Assembly (NCBI GenBank): GCA_963754875.1
Contig: CAVWHO010000010.1
Coordinates: 160,001-224,000 of the forward strand
Direction of reading: 5' to 3'
From: Nitrospirota bacterium
GTDB lineage: Bacteria; Nitrospirota; UBA9217
Length of the DNA: 64,000 nt
Made by a program: the position numbers and the translations under genes
The notes under the pieces: generated by a model
Told to the model about the DNA's origin: nothing
What the model saw: the letters and a program-made list of their open reading frames with translations, nothing else
The model's database searches: none
Part shown: one piece after another, positions 54,601-62,878 of the stretch
How the letters are laid out: each line of letters opens with the position of its first letter
How positions within the stretch are numbered: position 1 is the stretch's first letter

Positions 54601-55472
54601 TTTATGCAGGAGATTCGGGTGGCAATCTTTGGCGTATAAATGTCCAGGACACGGACACGGATAATTGGACCGTTACGAAGATATTCAGTTCTAACCCGGG
54701 TTATACCGGTGATCCCGGCGCGGGTGTTTCTCCGGCAACCGATAGTACAACGGGCAGGAAGATATTTTACAAACCCTCTGTTACTATAGATAAAAACAAT
54801 TTAATCCGGATTTTCTTCGGCACTGGGGACCGGGAACATCCATTGAATCAGGCAGTGGTTGACCGTTTCTACGGATTGATAGACAAACCGACATTGACAA
54901 CGACGCTGACGGAGGCGAAGTTACTGGACGTTTCAACGGACCTGATCCAAAACGGTACCCAGACTCAGGTTACTACCATGCAGAGTCTTCTTGACCAGGC
55001 ATCAAGTGCGTCTGACAGCACCTATTACGGGTGGTATATGCGCATTTACGGAGCCGAACATAACGATGCCACCCAGTACCAAGGGGAGAAAATCCTTGCA
55101 CCGCCTACGCTTATGAATGGCGTCGTCTATTTTACTACTTATGCGCCGAGTACTGCCGTAACTGTCACCGATCCTTGCCAAACCGGGAATCTCGGGACAG
55201 CGCGTTTATACGCCCTGGATTACTATTCAGGCATGGCTGCCTTGAATCTGGATACAAGCAATGATACATTAACTCCTCTGTGGGATAAAAATACTCATGC
55301 TCGCGATGCAAAGGGAAATCTGCTGCAGAGGACTGACCGGACGATTAACCTCGGCACCGGTATCCCGTCGGGCGTCCAGCCGAGCGGTCTGGTGGGATGT
55401 GGCGGCGGTCTTTGTAAACAGACGCTGGCGCCGGGCGGTCAGGTGTTGCCGCTTTATTGGCGACAGAAATAG
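51627..55472 (+). CDS. pilY1: Type IV pilus tip adhesin PilY1
   Basis: Signal peptide, vWA MIDAS DDSGS..TDG, WSGNLKKF, LGDILHS, GANDGMLHAF, DSNFDGYVD Ca loop, FGTGDRE, YWRQ end. Confidence 0.92.
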   Translation: MSKLATSMLLCVALVAIVLPTAVMAGPDLYSGDTRIYGGSPVVLQPNVLVIIDDSGSMATSIPGGGGTLYDNAVTYGTTYNCTDSTGLDGSSCDANTVYDKNYNYLTSPVTSLPTCTFSVNSSNDTVINYSSLLQQYGTMAQPKLNFTSGVASCCYQSKKICTGGYSHGSCLGYTTYANGKCSSATYELGNYINWLYDVSGSSMSKINIAKSVMSSLVQSTSGVRFGLMTYYYSGSNGQGATFLNAVPVSGLPDYTSTVKSMDDIFSGTVTNREALADTIQSLTALDDTPLGEALFEALRYYQGGQPAFGATIGTTVSTGGTGTGYISPIQYGCQKNYVILVTDGLSNADDSSPLNLITTTYGSNHWDGRFCTGYGNPLYTTCDGTNEYHSIAGVARYLYEHDLSSDISGTQNVTTFTVGFGDVGATTEAYDLLRLAADNNHGRGHYYAATSAQGLAKALTSIIGQIFSVNTSFVAPVVPVSPENKTYAGSRVYMGFFRPETAAVWSGNLKKFGLGVYTSPTTSIVLDSSAVYDVDGNLATYVDNNNDGLDDRDGATLPVETQNGGFRSGAKSYWSTLADGGDVETGGVGALLLSRDYSITCPSCDITGTQPRNIYTYLGTNTDLTQSVNAFSTTNTNLTASVLGLPGAVILSATTSDVKTLINYVSGFDTYDDNLNLNFTEKRSWVLGDILHSKPLILNYTTFDYVANPTSETNCSVNKSVIYAGANDGMLHAFKDCDGTEAWAFIPSDVLPTLQYLHGNAHAYFVDSTVTSYIYQTDPNAASISAAAGDRVVLVVGLRRGGGLDSEPTAGYYYALDVTDPTTPKFLWSISNSTRWSGTTKTTTTDFSNMGEAWSEPKIVKIKVGSLDKIAVFIGGGYDNCNEDARFGATQTFSGSCVGAVTTPDSGLDGSGNPMTSAGSTTVSSFTSSLYKGRAIYAVELATLNSAGVPNLGNGGGKIWGYTVADSPLLYSMVSELTAIDSNFDGYVDRLYAGDSGGNLWRINVQDTDTDNWTVTKIFSSNPGYTGDPGAGVSPATDSTTGRKIFYKPSVTIDKNNLIRIFFGTGDREHPLNQAVVDRFYGLIDKPTLTTTLTEAKLLDVSTDLIQNGTQTQVTTMQSLLDQASSASDSTYYGWYMRIYGAEHNDATQYQGEKILAPPTLMNGVVYFTTYAPSTAVTVTDPCQTGNLGTARLYALDYYSGMAALNLDTSNDTLTPLWDKNTHARDAKGNLLQRTDRTINLGTGIPSGVQPSGLVGCGGGLCKQTLAPGGQVLPLYWRQK

Positions 55473-55530
55473 GTAACTTAAAGATGAAAAAACATGTACG
55501 CTACTTTTGGGGGGATTGCACATTCGACTA

Positions 55531-56469
55531 ATGGTGAAAAAAATTAATATGCTGGGTGTTGTGATCGCTGTCCTGAGCATCTTCGCCTGCACGAAGCAGG
55601 AGTCGAATCAGGCAATCGGCACTTCCCCTGGGCAGACAACTTCGACGGCAGCTGCAAAACCTTTGCAAAAATCAACGGGCAGCGTTCCGGTGAAAATATT
55701 GCCTGAATCGCCGACCGTCATGACGGACCTCCAGGTCGTTTTTTCCTGTGCAGGAAACGACGTTACCTATGAATGGCGCACGAACAATCAGATCATCGTC
55801 GGTGAAACCACGGGTTGGCTCTTAAAAAAACAGTTTGTGAAAGGCGATGAGGTTGCAGTAACCGTTAAGTGCGGTAGTTCGGAAGGTACGGCATCGGTCA
55901 CGATCGGCAACAGCCCGCCGAGCGTTTTGTCTGTTCCGTTCAGTCCAGATGATATCCATGCCGGGGTGGACATCACCGTCAAGCCGGTAGGATACGATCC
56001 CGACGGCGACGCCGTAGGGTTCACTTATAAATGGTCGGTGAACGGCAATGAAATTGCGGATGACTCCTCGATGCTCACGGGTGACCATTTTAAACGCGGC
56101 GATAAAGTTGCCTTGACAGTCATCCCCTATGACCGCGATGGGACAGGGGCCCCATTTGCTTCCCAGAATCTGGTAATTCCAAATGGAGCGCCGCGGATCC
56201 TTTCCAGCCCGCCCCAGGAAATTCATGGCGATGTCTATATCTATCGGGTCGTTGCCGAAGACCCGGATGGAGACCCTATCACGTTCTCACTGGTTGCGGC
56301 ACCTGACGGCATGACGATTGACAGCCGCACCGGGGAAATCAAATGGCCGATAACCGAAAAGTCATCAGGCGACCATGTCGTCGAAATCGCTGCACAGGAC
56401 CCGGGGGGCATGAAGACCACTCAAAAATATACAGTTACCATAGGACTCTCCGGGGGAGGAACGAAATGA
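55531..56469 (+). CDS. Lipoprotein with tandem Ig-like (putative Ig/cadherin) domains
   Basis: Lipobox IFAC; repeated N.PP...DPDGD...Y.W units; APDGMTID..TG.I.W. Confidence 0.75.
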   Translation: MVKKINMLGVVIAVLSIFACTKQESNQAIGTSPGQTTSTAAAKPLQKSTGSVPVKILPESPTVMTDLQVVFSCAGNDVTYEWRTNNQIIVGETTGWLLKKQFVKGDEVAVTVKCGSSEGTASVTIGNSPPSVLSVPFSPDDIHAGVDITVKPVGYDPDGDAVGFTYKWSVNGNEIADDSSMLTGDHFKRGDKVALTVIPYDRDGTGAPFASQNLVIPNGAPRILSSPPQEIHGDVYIYRVVAEDPDGDPITFSLVAAPDGMTIDSRTGEIKWPITEKSSGDHVVEIAAQDPGGMKTTQKYTVTIGLSGGGTK

Positions 56470-56933
56470 GGCAGATTGCCAGGCCGGCATCCATGCAGTC
56501 ATCAATGGGCTTTACGCTCGTTGAGTTGGTCGTGGTCGTCGGCATTATCGTTATTTTATCCGCCCTGGCGCTGCCGTCCTACAATCAATGGCGGCAAAAC
56601 CTTGCGTACCGGGATGCAGCTCGAAATGTCATGTCCGAACTCAGACAGGCGAAAAGCCAGGCGATCGAGAGCAATGTATCACAGTGTGTTCGCATTGATA
56701 CTGTGAATAAACAATACGGCTTTAATAATGACTGCAGTGCCATATCAAACTGGACCAAGCTTAACCTCGCATCTCAGGTCACGATATCCACGGCCAATGA
56801 TATCACGTTTAGTCCCACAGGGGTCGTGAGTCCTGGGGCAAGCACTGTCTCTATACTCGATTCAACAGGCAAACAAAGGTTCTATGTGCAGGTTGAACAA
56901 ACTGGTCGTATCTTTATAAAGGGCCCGCTTTAG
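56466..56933 (+). CDS. FimT/FimU (GspH-like) minor pilin
   Basis: MG|FTLVEL, ELRQAKSQAI, ITFSPTG, TGRI. Confidence 0.85.
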   Translation: MRQIARPASMQSSMGFTLVELVVVVGIIVILSALALPSYNQWRQNLAYRDAARNVMSELRQAKSQAIESNVSQCVRIDTVNKQYGFNNDCSAISNWTKLNLASQVTISTANDITFSPTGVVSPGASTVSILDSTGKQRFYVQVEQTGRIFIKGPL

Positions 56934-57216
56934 GATTCGTTTGCTTGAAGGTGATTTTCTCTTTCTTCATCGCCCCTGTAAACTACCTGCCTTTTCACCA
57001 TGTCCTTCTTTTATCACCAGATCATTCAAAAAGCAGTAAATGATAGATTCAGATCATGAGAAATTTGCTTTTCTTAAAGACCATCAAAAACAAATAGAAA
57101 GATAAATAATTTTGTCGGTCACAAAATAACCTGAATTCTGAAATGTCCTGAATACCCTCCTGTGCTAAGTATTGTCCATGAAACGGACTACATTCCACCG
57201 ATGCAGGAGGTCTCAA

Positions 57217-57696
57217 ATGGACAATGAAGACAGTAAAAAGATGCAGGGAGTATGCGGTTTTACGCTCCTGGAACTGCTGGTCGTCATAGCGCTCGTGCTC
57301 ATTATTTCTGCGGTATCCGTCCCTGTGTACAGTCAATGGGTCAACAATCTGGAATATCGCACCACGGCCAGAAGTGTGTTTCATGCTTTACGTGAAGCGC
57401 GCAGCATGGCTGTCGCAACCTGTTTGGAACATAGAGTAGAATTTGACCCGCTGAACAGACGATATCGTGTAATCAGGGGAAACCGGGGATTCAATAGTAA
57501 CGACTGGAACACCGTAATCTATGACTGGAGGCAGTGTCCTCCAGGGGTCAACTTTGGCGCTAATATTCCGGCCATTCATCTTAATCCGAATGGGACTGCC
57601 AACGCGGGTACAATCAGTATTCAAGATGGTACGCACAAGACACGCTATGAAGTGCGGGTGGGGCGAACCGGCCGTATTCGGATCCCGACATTTTAG
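57217..57696 (+). CDS. Second FimT/FimU-like minor pilin
   Basis: AGGAGG SD; CG|FTLLEL, LREARSMA, NPNGTA, TGRI. Confidence 0.85.
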   Translation: MDNEDSKKMQGVCGFTLLELLVVIALVLIISAVSVPVYSQWVNNLEYRTTARSVFHALREARSMAVATCLEHRVEFDPLNRRYRVIRGNRGFNSNDWNTVIYDWRQCPPGVNFGANIPAIHLNPNGTANAGTISIQDGTHKTRYEVRVGRTGRIRIPTF

Positions 57697-57845
57697 TGGT
57701 TTTCCTACTGGATAAAAAAGGACGGGAAAGTGCTGAAACTAATTAATCTTCAAAAATCTTCAATAGTCTTTACTTCTTTGCCGATGACATGTTATTATCT
57801 ATTTATATGTTCTCCTGTTTTTCAGTCATCTCCTCCGGCAAAGTT

Positions 57846-59645
57846 ATGCAGAAGCCGTTTAATGGCGCATTGAAAACTTATATTTTTTCTCTCTTCCTGG
57901 TCGTCCTCTCTTCACCCGTTTTCGCAGCAGATATTAATTTTTCGCTGCAGCAACAGAGCGAAGGCAACCGTGTAACCGTTACTGTTCAGAACAACTCTGC
58001 CTCGGAAGCAGTTGTATCGGCTGTCGAGGTACAGCTCGATGACCGGAAGTATATAGCCGCGGGCTTCCCCATCCCGATCAGCTCTCATGCAGAAAAAAAG
58101 GTAGCCTTTACCGTAGCCTTTCCGAACCTTCCCGGATCCTATCCCCTGGTCGTCACGCTCAGATATCTAAACGACGGTACGCAACTTTCCCTGAATCATG
58201 TCGGCTTATTTCATTTTCAGCAGCAGGCGCTTCTTTCCGAATCGTGCGTTGCCGAGGATGCCGTCATAGCGCAAGAAGGGGAGATCATCATTCGATCATC
58301 GAATCCCTCCATCTGGAAACCGGTGCTGCCCGATGAGGTGGCCATCCTCTCCGAATCAACCGGCCTTGACCGTAAAATCGTACACGTCAAAAACATGCTG
58401 AAGGGCTTTAACAACAACTATCCGTTCTATGCCGTTGCCGCCCAGGTACGGCAGGGGATTCATTATGCCGCTGTCTGCTCGGGCGCCCTGCGGACACGAA
58501 CCGGGAGCCCTGCCGACGAACCGGGGAATGGAAGGATTTCTGAGTGGGTCCTGCTCGCCGCCGCCGCTATTTTTATCATAGCATTTATCGCGACCGTGAA
58601 CAGGGCGCAGGAGCAGGGAAGGCTGCTTACTGCGGTCAACAAATATGCCAGCAGACTGTTTCTGATCACGATCGGCTATCTCGTATTAAAGAGCATCGAC
58701 GACCTGCTGACCCGGATGGGGCTGAGTCAAGACAGGGGCTTGCTCTCTTCCCTGGCTGCCACCTACGAGGTCTATAAAAGGAACGACTTCAGCTACTTTT
58801 TCCATTACTTCGTTGACGCCTACTGGATAGCGACCCTCGTGCTGGTTTTTCCCTTTCTGTACTATTTTGATTCACAGAGGACTGTTGAACAGGACAAGTA
58901 TTCGAATCTGGTCAAAAGCATTTTGTCCTTCGTCACGGGACGGCCCTTTTGGAACAAAACCGCTCGACTCGGCATGCTTACCCTGTTTGTTAAATTTTTT
59001 TACATCCCCCTCCTCGTAACATGGGTGATCAATAATACAATGCACCAGCTCTATCTCACGCATACCTTCCATGCGGACCTCGCGACCGTCAACGCTTATC
59101 TGGTCGCCCTGTTTATCTATATTGATACGGCGATTTATTGTTTTGGTTACCTCTTTGAATTCAATTTTCTGAAAAACACGATTAAGACCGTTGAGCCGAC
59201 CGTGCTCGGCTGGGTAGTCTGTCTCTGGTGTTATCCGCCCTTTAATATTTTTTCATTCAGAATATTCGACCACGAGTTCGTTCGTTTGACCCACAGTTAT
59301 CCTCCCTGGGTCAACGCCCTTGTGCTTTGCCTGATCACGGTTTTATGGGGAATATTCGCGTGGGCCTCCCTGTCCCTGGGATGGAAGGCCTCCAACCTCA
59401 CCAACAGAGGCATCGTGCGGCATGGCCCCTATCGTTTCGTCCGGCATCCTGCGTATGCCGCGAAGCTGTTTCTCTGGTATCTGCAGGGGATATTCTTCGG
59501 CCAGTATTTTATCGGGATCATGTTCGGCTTTACCTTAATCTATATTTTGAGGGCGTGGACTGAAGAACGGCATCTCTCACTCGACCCTGATTACCGGGAA
59601 TATCGGAAAACCGTCAAATGGAGGTTCATCCCGGGTCTTGTATAG
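57846..59645 (+). CDS. Fusion of secreted beta-sandwich domain, multi-TM region and C-terminal ICMT/PEMT-family methyltransferase
   Basis: Signal peptide; VTVQN...LPGSYPLVV; SNLTNRGIV..GPYRFVRHPAY...EERHL..DPDY..Y...V.WRFIPG. Confidence 0.7.
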   Translation: MQKPFNGALKTYIFSLFLVVLSSPVFAADINFSLQQQSEGNRVTVTVQNNSASEAVVSAVEVQLDDRKYIAAGFPIPISSHAEKKVAFTVAFPNLPGSYPLVVTLRYLNDGTQLSLNHVGLFHFQQQALLSESCVAEDAVIAQEGEIIIRSSNPSIWKPVLPDEVAILSESTGLDRKIVHVKNMLKGFNNNYPFYAVAAQVRQGIHYAAVCSGALRTRTGSPADEPGNGRISEWVLLAAAAIFIIAFIATVNRAQEQGRLLTAVNKYASRLFLITIGYLVLKSIDDLLTRMGLSQDRGLLSSLAATYEVYKRNDFSYFFHYFVDAYWIATLVLVFPFLYYFDSQRTVEQDKYSNLVKSILSFVTGRPFWNKTARLGMLTLFVKFFYIPLLVTWVINNTMHQLYLTHTFHADLATVNAYLVALFIYIDTAIYCFGYLFEFNFLKNTIKTVEPTVLGWVVCLWCYPPFNIFSFRIFDHEFVRLTHSYPPWVNALVLCLITVLWGIFAWASLSLGWKASNLTNRGIVRHGPYRFVRHPAYAAKLFLWYLQGIFFGQYFIGIMFGFTLIYILRAWTEERHLSLDPDYREYRKTVKWRFIPGLV

Positions 59646-59681
59646 GTTGCACGATGGCCCTCCATTCGGTAGGGATACAAT

Positions 59682-60394
59682 ATGAATTTGCTGCTTGAAG
59701 GATTCTCAAAAGCGTTTTCCCTTATCCTGCACGGTGATGCGGAACTGTTCGGCATTATTCTGTTGTCCCTGAAAATATCCTGTCTCGCGCTTTGCATCGC
59801 TTCAATTGCGGGCATTCCCCTCGGCGCGATTCTTGGCCTGAAGCGGTTGCCGGCAAAGGGGGTCCTCATCAGTCTCTTAAACACGTTCATGGGGCTTCCC
59901 CCGGTGGTCGTCGGGCTGTTCCTCTATCTTCTGCTTTCCCGAAGCGGTCCTCTCGGCGTGCTCGGGCTGCTCTATACACCCACGGCCATGTTATCGCCCA
60001 GATCATCCTTGCGCTTCCCATTGTCGCTATCGCTTTCGCATTCGGCAATCATCGGCGTCGACCCGATCATACGCCAGGCGGCCATGACGCTCGGCGCATC
60101 GCCTTTTCAGGTCACGTGGACCGTAATCCGGGAAGCGCGGTACGGGATTCTGTCCGGTGTTATTGCAGCCTTGGGCGGGTCATGGCGGAAGTAGGGGCGA
60201 TTCTGATCGTGGGCGGGAACATCGCCGGACTCACGCGGGTGATGACGACGGCGATCGCGCTCGAGACCGATAAGGGAAATTTCGAACTTGCGCTCGCCCT
60301 CGGCATCATTCTTCTGGCCCTGTCGTTGCTCATAAATTCACTGCTCCATATCATCCAGAGAAAGGGGCTGTTGCAGACGGAACGATGGGTCTGA
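59682..60394 (+). CDS. tupB: Tungstate ABC permease (frameshifted)
   Basis: [27 protein letters not shown]...[12 protein letters not shown]. Confidence 0.85.
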
Positions 60395-61062
60395 ACCTGA
60401 CAGTTTCTCATGTCGTTAAACAGTATCAGGGCAAGGCCGCGCTTGACCACTGTTCCGTCGCGTTCACTCACGGTGTCGTTTACGTGCTTATGGGACCGAA
60501 TGGGAGCGGGAAATCCACTCTCTTGAGGGCGTGTTCTCTTATCGAGACTGTTGACAGCGGAGAGATTAAGTATTTCAATCAGGACAATGATGCGGTCCTC
60601 CTCCATGATCTTTCCCTCAGGCGGAGAATATGCCTCGTGCTGCCCAAGGTCGGCGTTTTTAATACGACGGTTTTCAGGAATGTAGCATACGGCCTTTCCC
60701 TGCGGGGAATGGACAAGAAGGGCATTGCCCAACAGGCACAGGAAGCCCTCGATGCCGTGGGCTTGGCCCATAAAAGCAAACAGAACGCCCTGACGCTTTC
60801 GAGCGGAGAGACCCAGCGGCTCGGTATTGCCCGGGCTATGGCCATTCGACCGGAAATTCTCTTTCTCGATGAGCCAACGGCATCCATTGATGAGGAAAAT
60901 ACGCGCATTGTCGAGGACATCATCAAGAGACTGAAACGATCGGGCCGTACGACGATCATTATGACGACCCACGATCGCGATCAGGCCCTGCGTTTGGCAG
61001 ACAGCGTGGTCTCGATGCGAAGCGGAAAAATATCGGACCAGAGCCAAAGTACGTTAGTATGA
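60385..61062 (+). CDS. tupC: Tungstate ABC ATPase
   Basis: [25 protein letters not shown]; coupled to tupB. Confidence 0.75.
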   Translation: MGLNLTVSHVVKQYQGKAALDHCSVAFTHGVVYVLMGPNGSGKSTLLRACSLIETVDSGEIKYFNQDNDAVLLHDLSLRRRICLVLPKVGVFNTTVFRNVAYGLSLRGMDKKGIAQQAQEALDAVGLAHKSKQNALTLSSGETQRLGIARAMAIRPEILFLDEPTASIDEENTRIVEDIIKRLKRSGRTTIIMTTHDRDQALRLADSVVSMRSGKISDQSQSTLV

Positions 61063-61121
61063 TTCCCGGATCATTGTAAGGAGCATCAGGTCCGTTAAAG
61101 TGATCTTGTATAGCTCACCCT

Positions 61122-61712
61122 ATGTCTGAAAACCCAGCCCCAGTCATCATTCTTGCATCAAACTCGCCGAGGCGCCGCGAACTTCTGCGCCAGATCGGGC
61201 TTTCATTTGCTACTGATCCGTCAGACGTAGATGAAAAGGTGCTTGCCGGGGAGCCACCGGAAAGCTATGTTGTCCGGGTCGCCCTCGATAAAGCACGGGC
61301 TGCGGCTGCGCGGGCAGGAAGCGGAATCATCATCGCGGCTGATACGATCGTTGTGCTGGATGACGGTATTTTGGGGAAACCAGTGGATAGGCCTGACGCC
61401 GAGCGCATGCTTTCGCTCTTGTCAGGCAGAATGCACGTTGTCATTACCGGGCTGGCTATTATTGATGCTGCGAAAGGAAAAACGGTGACCGGAACATCGC
61501 TTACTCGTGTCTGGTTTCGCGACCTTTCACGGGATGAAATTGCCTCTTATGTAAAGAGCGGCGAGCCGCTTGATAAAGCAGGGGCCTATGGCATACAGGG
61601 AAAAGGAGCTCTCCTGGTTAAACAGATCGAAGGCTGTTATTTCAACGTGGTAGGTCTTCCCTTGTCACTTCTCGGAGAATTGCTGCTGAATTTCAGCATC
61701 AGGCTTTTTTGA
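61122..61712 (+). CDS. maf: Maf/YhdE nucleoside triphosphate pyrophosphatase
   Basis: LASNSPRR, ADT, KP, DKAGAYGIQG, NVVGLP. Confidence 0.95.
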   Translation: MSENPAPVIILASNSPRRRELLRQIGLSFATDPSDVDEKVLAGEPPESYVVRVALDKARAAAARAGSGIIIAADTIVVLDDGILGKPVDRPDAERMLSLLSGRMHVVITGLAIIDAAKGKTVTGTSLTRVWFRDLSRDEIASYVKSGEPLDKAGAYGIQGKGALLVKQIEGCYFNVVGLPLSLLGELLLNFSIRLF

Positions 61713-61778
61713 CTGAAATGCAACTCCGACCTTGAAAAAGTGTTAATATACCATCCAAACAAAAAAACCGCCCTATCC

Positions 61779-61807
61779 TTGACATCGCCCGCTATACCTC
61801 CTAAAAT
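61779..61807 (+). promoter_or_regulatory. sigma70 promoter for the LuxR gene
   Basis: TTGACA-17-TAAAAT. Confidence 0.65.
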
Positions 61808-61856
61808 ATAAGTATTAGGAACAAGATGCAGATCGCATAGTACGGAGGTATCTAAG

Positions 61857-62502
61857 GTGTCAACCATTCAAATAATGATTGCGGATAATGATCAAGCGCA
61901 AATTGACGCGATTTCGGCGCAATTGACAAAGCTAGGGGGCTTCGAAGTAATTTCAACCGTTACGGCCCGGGAAACCGCAATAAAGCAGCTATCAGCCGCT
62001 CCTGACGTCATGCTTTTAAATCCCGAGATCCTGAAAGGGCACACACTTTCGCGTTTTATCCATTCGATTCAGGCGAAGTCTCCCCACACAAGAGTTATCT
62101 ATCTCTTGAGGAATCCGGTGCCCGATGATGCCATCATCGCAGATATGAAAACTGGCATCCGGGGGTATGTAAAAGCTACCGATTCTCCGGCGATCCTCGC
62201 GAGGGCCATCCAGTCGGTTCAGAGCGGAGAGATATGGGCTGAACGGAGAATCCTCGAAAAGGCTATAGCCAATCCAATGCTTTTGCCTGAAACGCTGCAG
62301 TCCCATATCCCGGGACTTCCTCCGCTGACGAACAGGGAGATGGAAGTGCTTACCATGGTCCTCCAGGGGGCTTCCAATAGGGAAATAGCCGACAGGAGCA
62401 GCATCAGCGAACGTACGGTAAAGACCCATCTTGTACCGGGTTTATCGAAAACTGAACGTGAAAAGCAGGACCAAAGCTATTGCGCTTTTGTCACATTCAT
62501 AA
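61857..62502 (+). CDS. NarL/LuxR-family regulator with atypical receiver (frameshift near 62432)
   Basis: LTNREMEVL...GASNREIA...TVKTH, continuing VYRKLNVKSRTKA; phospho-Asp position is Asn (PDVMLLNPE). Confidence 0.85.
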
Positions 62503-62539
62503 ATTAAATGCAATTCCAGCAAATGAGACTTTAGGTTGA

Positions 62540-62568
62540 TTGACAAACGTCTTATTTGCTGGTAAGCT
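62540..62568 (+). promoter_or_regulatory. sigma70 promoter driving the intergenic structured RNA
   Basis: TTGACA-17-TAAGCT with TG extension. Confidence 0.65.
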
Positions 62569-62574
62569 CAGAAA

Positions 62575-62811
62575 TAGTACTGCGCTGTTTGTCAGTTCCC
62601 GGACGACTTGGCGGCAATGCAACGCGACTTACTTCTTCCCCCCCAGGAAACATGTTTAGTCGCATGAGATTACCACCACGATGCCCCGGTCTTCAGGGAA
62701 GATGCACGAGACATCTGGGACAATTCATCCGACGAACAGCGCAGTTCTGAAGGCGTCTCGATGATGCAGCCACGAGAGATTTCCTCCATGGCATCGGGAC
62801 GCCATTTTTTT
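62575..62811 (+). ncRNA. Candidate ~235 nt structured non-coding RNA, family unknown
   Basis: Own promoter; 15 bp closing helix 62579-62593/62731-62745; inner helices; 3' hairpin with T7. Confidence 0.6.
62752..62811 (+). terminator. Intrinsic terminator-like hairpin
   Basis: GGCGTCTCGATG / CATCGGGACGCC (12 bp, one G-U), then ATTTTTTT. Confidence 0.65.
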
Positions 62812-62843
62812 GTCCACTTAACTCAGGTTTTTCCTGCTGCTCC

Positions 62844-62872
62844 TTGACGGCACTTGCGAATACCGGTATGAT
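62844..62872 (+). promoter_or_regulatory. sigma70 promoter for the M48 gene (leaderless)
   Basis: TTGACG-17-TATGAT; ATG 6 nt downstream, no SD. Confidence 0.65.
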
Positions 62873-62878
62873 GGACCC

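Noticed and set aside
62575..62811. tmRNA, SRP RNA or T-box identity for the structured RNA
   Set aside because: No tRNA-like acceptor or T-arm, no SRP GGAA-loop domain and no T-box sequence; the downstream gene has its own promoter.
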